DNA from: Patescibacteria group bacterium
GTDB lineage: Bacteria > Patescibacteriota > Patescibacteriia > UBA2591 > JAQWAS01
Assembly: GCA_028707495.1 (NCBI GenBank)
Contig: JAQWAS010000002.1
Coordinates: forward strand, 3,439-61,497
Direction: 5' to 3'
Length of the DNA stretch: 58,059 bases
Below are positions 55,624 to 58,059 of this stretch, piece by piece (the stretch's first letter is position 1; each line of letters begins with the position of its first letter). A program made the translations under genes and the position numbers. The notes beneath the pieces were generated by a model that was given only the letters and a program-made list of their open reading frames with translations, did no database searches and was not told where the DNA came from.

Positions 55624-56314
55624 GTCCAGCTCGTCTGGACTTTTTTATTTCAAAATCGCCTATTTTTAATCTTCTTAAATTTTTCAATGTCGCCGGATAA
55701 CCAAGTCTTCGACCAATCTCTTCACCTACCGAACGCGCATAAGTACCCTTACTACATCGCATTTCTACTTTTAAAATATAATTTTCTTTTTCTTTAAAAT
55801 AATCTAAAAGTTTTAAATAAAAAATTTCATTTTCTCTTTGGGGTGTTTTTATTTTAACTTTTTGGCGAGCGTATTCATAAAGTTTTTTACCATCAATTTT
55901 GATCGCTGAATAAATCGGCACAGCTAATTCAATTTTGCCTTTCATTTCTTGTAAAACTTTTTTAACTTCACTAATTAAAATTTTACTAACTTTTTTTTCG
56001 GCAATTATTTCCCCCTCCATATCACCGGTTTGAGTTTGTTTACCTAACAATATTTCCATTAAATAAGTTTTATCTAAATTTAAAAATTGGTTTAATTTCT
56101 TTGTACCGCTATTAACACCAATAATTAATAAGCCCGAAGCTAAGGGATCAAGTGTGCCAGCATGGCCCATTTTTTTTATATTTAACTTTTTGCGTAAAAT
56201 ACGAATTACATCAAAAGAGCTAATACCTTTGGGCTTATCAACAAAAAGTATATCTTCAATTGCTGAATTATAAAACTTTAATTTTAAATTTTTATTTTTG
56301 TTGAGTGATTTCAT
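55610..56314 (-). CDS. truB: tRNA pseudouridine-55 synthase TruB
   Basis: The ILFVDKPKGISSFDV and GHAGTLDPLASGLL motifs are present. I take the ATG at 56314 (MKSLNK...) as the start. It still overlaps the upstream methyltransferase gene by 23 nt. Confidence 0.9.
   Translation of the reverse strand: MKSLNKNKNLKLKFYNSAIEDILFVDKPKGISSFDVIRILRKKLNIKKMGHAGTLDPLASGLLIIGVNSGTKKLNQFLNLDKTYLMEILLGKQTQTGDMEGEIIAEKKVSKILISEVKKVLQEMKGKIELAVPIYSAIKIDGKKLYEYARQKVKIKTPQRENEIFYLKLLDYFKEKENYILKVEMRCSKGTYARSVGEEIGRRLGYPATLKNLRRLKIGDFEIKKSRRAGLKEN
55623..55648 (+). terminator. intrinsic terminator of cassette 7
   Basis: AGTCCAG-ctcgt-CTGGACT is followed by TTTTTT. The element is antisense to the last codons of truB. 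Confidence 0.65.
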
Positions 56315-56750
56315 AAATAGCAATTCCAAAGGCGACTGAGACATTTAAAGACTCTTTAAACCCACGCATCGGAATAGAAATAATTTTATCAACTTGATTT
56401 AAAATTGTTTTAGACAAACCTGTTTTTTCATTACCTAAAATTAAGACAGATTTATTTTTAAATTTAAATTTTTTATCATAAAGTAATTGGCCACCTGTTT
56501 CTAAGGCTATAATTTGAAATTTTTGTTTTTTGAGTTCTTGAATAATTTTTGAAATTTGACGAGACTTTTGCCATTTAACTTTTTGCTCGGCGCCCAAAGA
56601 AGTTTTTAAAACTTTATAATTTTCTGGCGTTGGGCTATAACCGGTTAAAAAAATTTTATCTATTCCAGCTCCATCGGCCGTACGAAAAATAGAACCTACG
56701 TTGTAGGCACTACGAATATTGTGGCAAATGACATAAACTTGTTTAGACAT
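56292..56750 (-). CDS. SpoU/TrmH-family RNA 2'-O-methyltransferase
   Basis: The NVGSIFRTADGAG, LILGNEKTGL and IPMRGFKESLNVSVAFGIAIYE motifs are present. Confidence 0.85.
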   Translation of the reverse strand: MSKQVYVICHNIRSAYNVGSIFRTADGAGIDKIFLTGYSPTPENYKVLKTSLGAEQKVKWQKSRQISKIIQELKKQKFQIIALETGGQLLYDKKFKFKNKSVLILGNEKTGLSKTILNQVDKIISIPMRGFKESLNVSVAFGIAIYEITQQK

Positions 56751-57306
56751 TTTTAATTTTGACCTTGCCTTGTCTTAAAACTTTAATTTCTTCGCCAGTT
56801 AAATCGACTAAAGTTGATGGAGATGAATTTAATTCTCCCTGATCAACATAAAAATCAACTTGCTGGCCAAAATAATTCTGGGCTTGCTGAATATTTAAAG
56901 CCGGGGCTGAATTTTCTGGATTAGCACTCGGTGCCACCAATGGACCTGTTTGCTGAATTAAATCAATTAAATCTGGTTTATCAGGCAAACGCACAGCTAA
57001 CGTCTGACTACCTCGGTGTAAATATTTAAATTCTTCGTTTGGACAATTTAAAATTACACTCACCTCGCCTGGCCAATATTTTTCTAAAAAATCTTTGTGC
57101 CATTTTTCCAATTTAATTTTAAATAAGTTTAAATCTTGAATTGAACTAATTAAAACAATTAAGGGCTTAGTTAAGTCCCTTTTTTTAATTTGATAAATTC
57201 TCTCAACACTTCGAGAATTTAAGGCACTACCCACTAAACCATATAAAGTATCTGTCGGTAAAATTCCAACCTGGCCATTTTTAATTTTTTGAATTATATC
57301 TTGCAT
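56743..57306 (-). CDS. tsaC: L-threonylcarbamoyladenylate synthase (Sua5/YrdC/YwlC family)
   Basis: The GILPTDTLYGLVGSA, KPLIVLI and PSANPENS motifs are present. Confidence 0.9.
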   Translation of the reverse strand: MQDIIQKIKNGQVGILPTDTLYGLVGSALNSRSVERIYQIKKRDLTKPLIVLISSIQDLNLFKIKLEKWHKDFLEKYWPGEVSVILNCPNEEFKYLHRGSQTLAVRLPDKPDLIDLIQQTGPLVAPSANPENSAPALNIQQAQNYFGQQVDFYVDQGELNSSPSTLVDLTGEEIKVLRQGKVKIKNV

Positions 57307-57308
57307 GT

Positions 57309-58059
57309 TTATTTCCCTATATAATCCTTATAATCGTCCGCATCTTTCCAGGTTTTCCACGGAATAACAGGATGAACAGTTTTTCCGCCAAATTTAATAG
57401 ATTGCTTAATAGCTTCCAAAGGATAACCTCCGTAAATATAAGCATTTACATATTGATACCACCATTTCTTGCCGTTTATGCTTATATTTGACCAAAAAAA
57501 TCTATTATATTTTTCAACTCCAAAAAAATCAATCAAATAATCGGCTAATACTACTGCATTGTCTTGCTCAACTTTTAAATTACTAACCCTAGCAGTACTA
57601 TAAATAAAATTACCTGCATAAAGTGTCTCTCTTATAATAACATCCTTCTCTGGTGTTATCCCCACAACAAACAACGAAGATGATAAATTTTTATTTTCGC
57701 TATTATTATAGTCTTGGTTGTCTTTATTCTCCTTATTTAAAATTTGGGGGTTGTCTAAATTATCAATACAATTTTCACTATCAATACCATCACTACTATT
57801 ATCAATATTCTGATCAAATTCGTCTCCTTCTATGTTTTCTTCTTCATCCTTATTATTCTCATTATTTGTTGATTCTAAAATAGACGTCTGAGGCAATACG
57901 TAAACGGTTAATGGTAATGTTCTTCTATAAACACACTCGTCAGTTGTTTGGCTAGTAGAAATAGTTTCTGTCTCAGTTCCGTCACCATTACGATATTTAA
58001 TTGTATATGTATATGAAGTGCCACAAGTCAAACTTGTATCCTGCCAAGTATTGGTTTGA
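57309..58059 (-). CDS. secreted or surface protein, 5'-truncated by the window edge
   Basis: The frame stays open to base 58058, so the TTG at 58031 is not the real start. The visible N-terminal part resembles the end of an FN3/Ig-like domain (WQDTSLTCGTSYTYTIKYRNGDG). An Asn/Asp/Glu-rich linker and a Trp/Tyr-rich C-terminal domain follow. Confidence 0.7.
   Translation of the reverse strand, partial: QTNTWQDTSLTCGTSYTYTIKYRNGDGTETETISTSQTTDECVYRRTLPLTVYVLPQTSILESTNNENNKDEEENIEGDEFDQNIDNSSDGIDSENCIDNLDNPQILNKENKDNQDYNNSENKNLSSSLFVVGITPEKDVIIRETLYAGNFIYSTARVSNLKVEQDNAVVLADYLIDFFGVEKYNRFFWSNISINGKKWWYQYVNAYIYGGYPLEAIKQSIKFGGKTVHPVIPWKTWKDADDYKDYIGK

Noticed and set aside
1-58059. The organism might use an alternative genetic code with UGA recoded, as in some CPR-related lineages.
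   Set aside because: All conserved genes translate full-length with the standard table. TGA also terminates at least one ORF (28432-28851) just before rpmE. This is consistent with code 11.

Overview
This is a low-GC, gene-dense bacterial chromosome segment made up mostly of information-processing genes. The plus-strand and mixed blocks hold dnaB-ybaB-recR, rplU, ruvX-map-adk, dnaE, thrS, miaB/miaA, argS, gap, tsf-rpsB and rpmE-prfA-prmC. A complete str/S10/spc ribosomal super-operon (rpsL through secY) lies on the minus strand at about 36.5-52.3 kb. L30 is absent between rpsE and rplO, several r-proteins carry Lys-rich extensions, and the native genes I inspected have no Shine-Dalgarno (SD) sequence. 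Together these suggest a Candidate Phyla Radiation/Patescibacteria-type genome, which is an inference. I found no rRNA, intact tRNA, CRISPR array, cas gene, transposase, integrase or reverse transcriptase. The non-core content is as follows. (i) Seven solitary, visibly GC-richer ORFan cassettes sit between core genes; all have an SD motif and a terminator hairpin, and five have a recognisable sigma70-like promoter. (ii) Four intergenic clusters contain short hairpin repeats bounded by GTCAT and GGATCC(AGG). (iii) A 97-bp tandem repeat at the window edge carries a tRNA 5'-half mimic. (iv) A 1116-aa multi-domain surface protein contains Cys/Trp-rich modules. (v) A Phd/YefM-like ORF with its own promoter is inserted between fusA and tuf. 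(vi) Several structured intercistronic spacers occur. All functional calls rest on motif recognition by eye, because no database search was possible.
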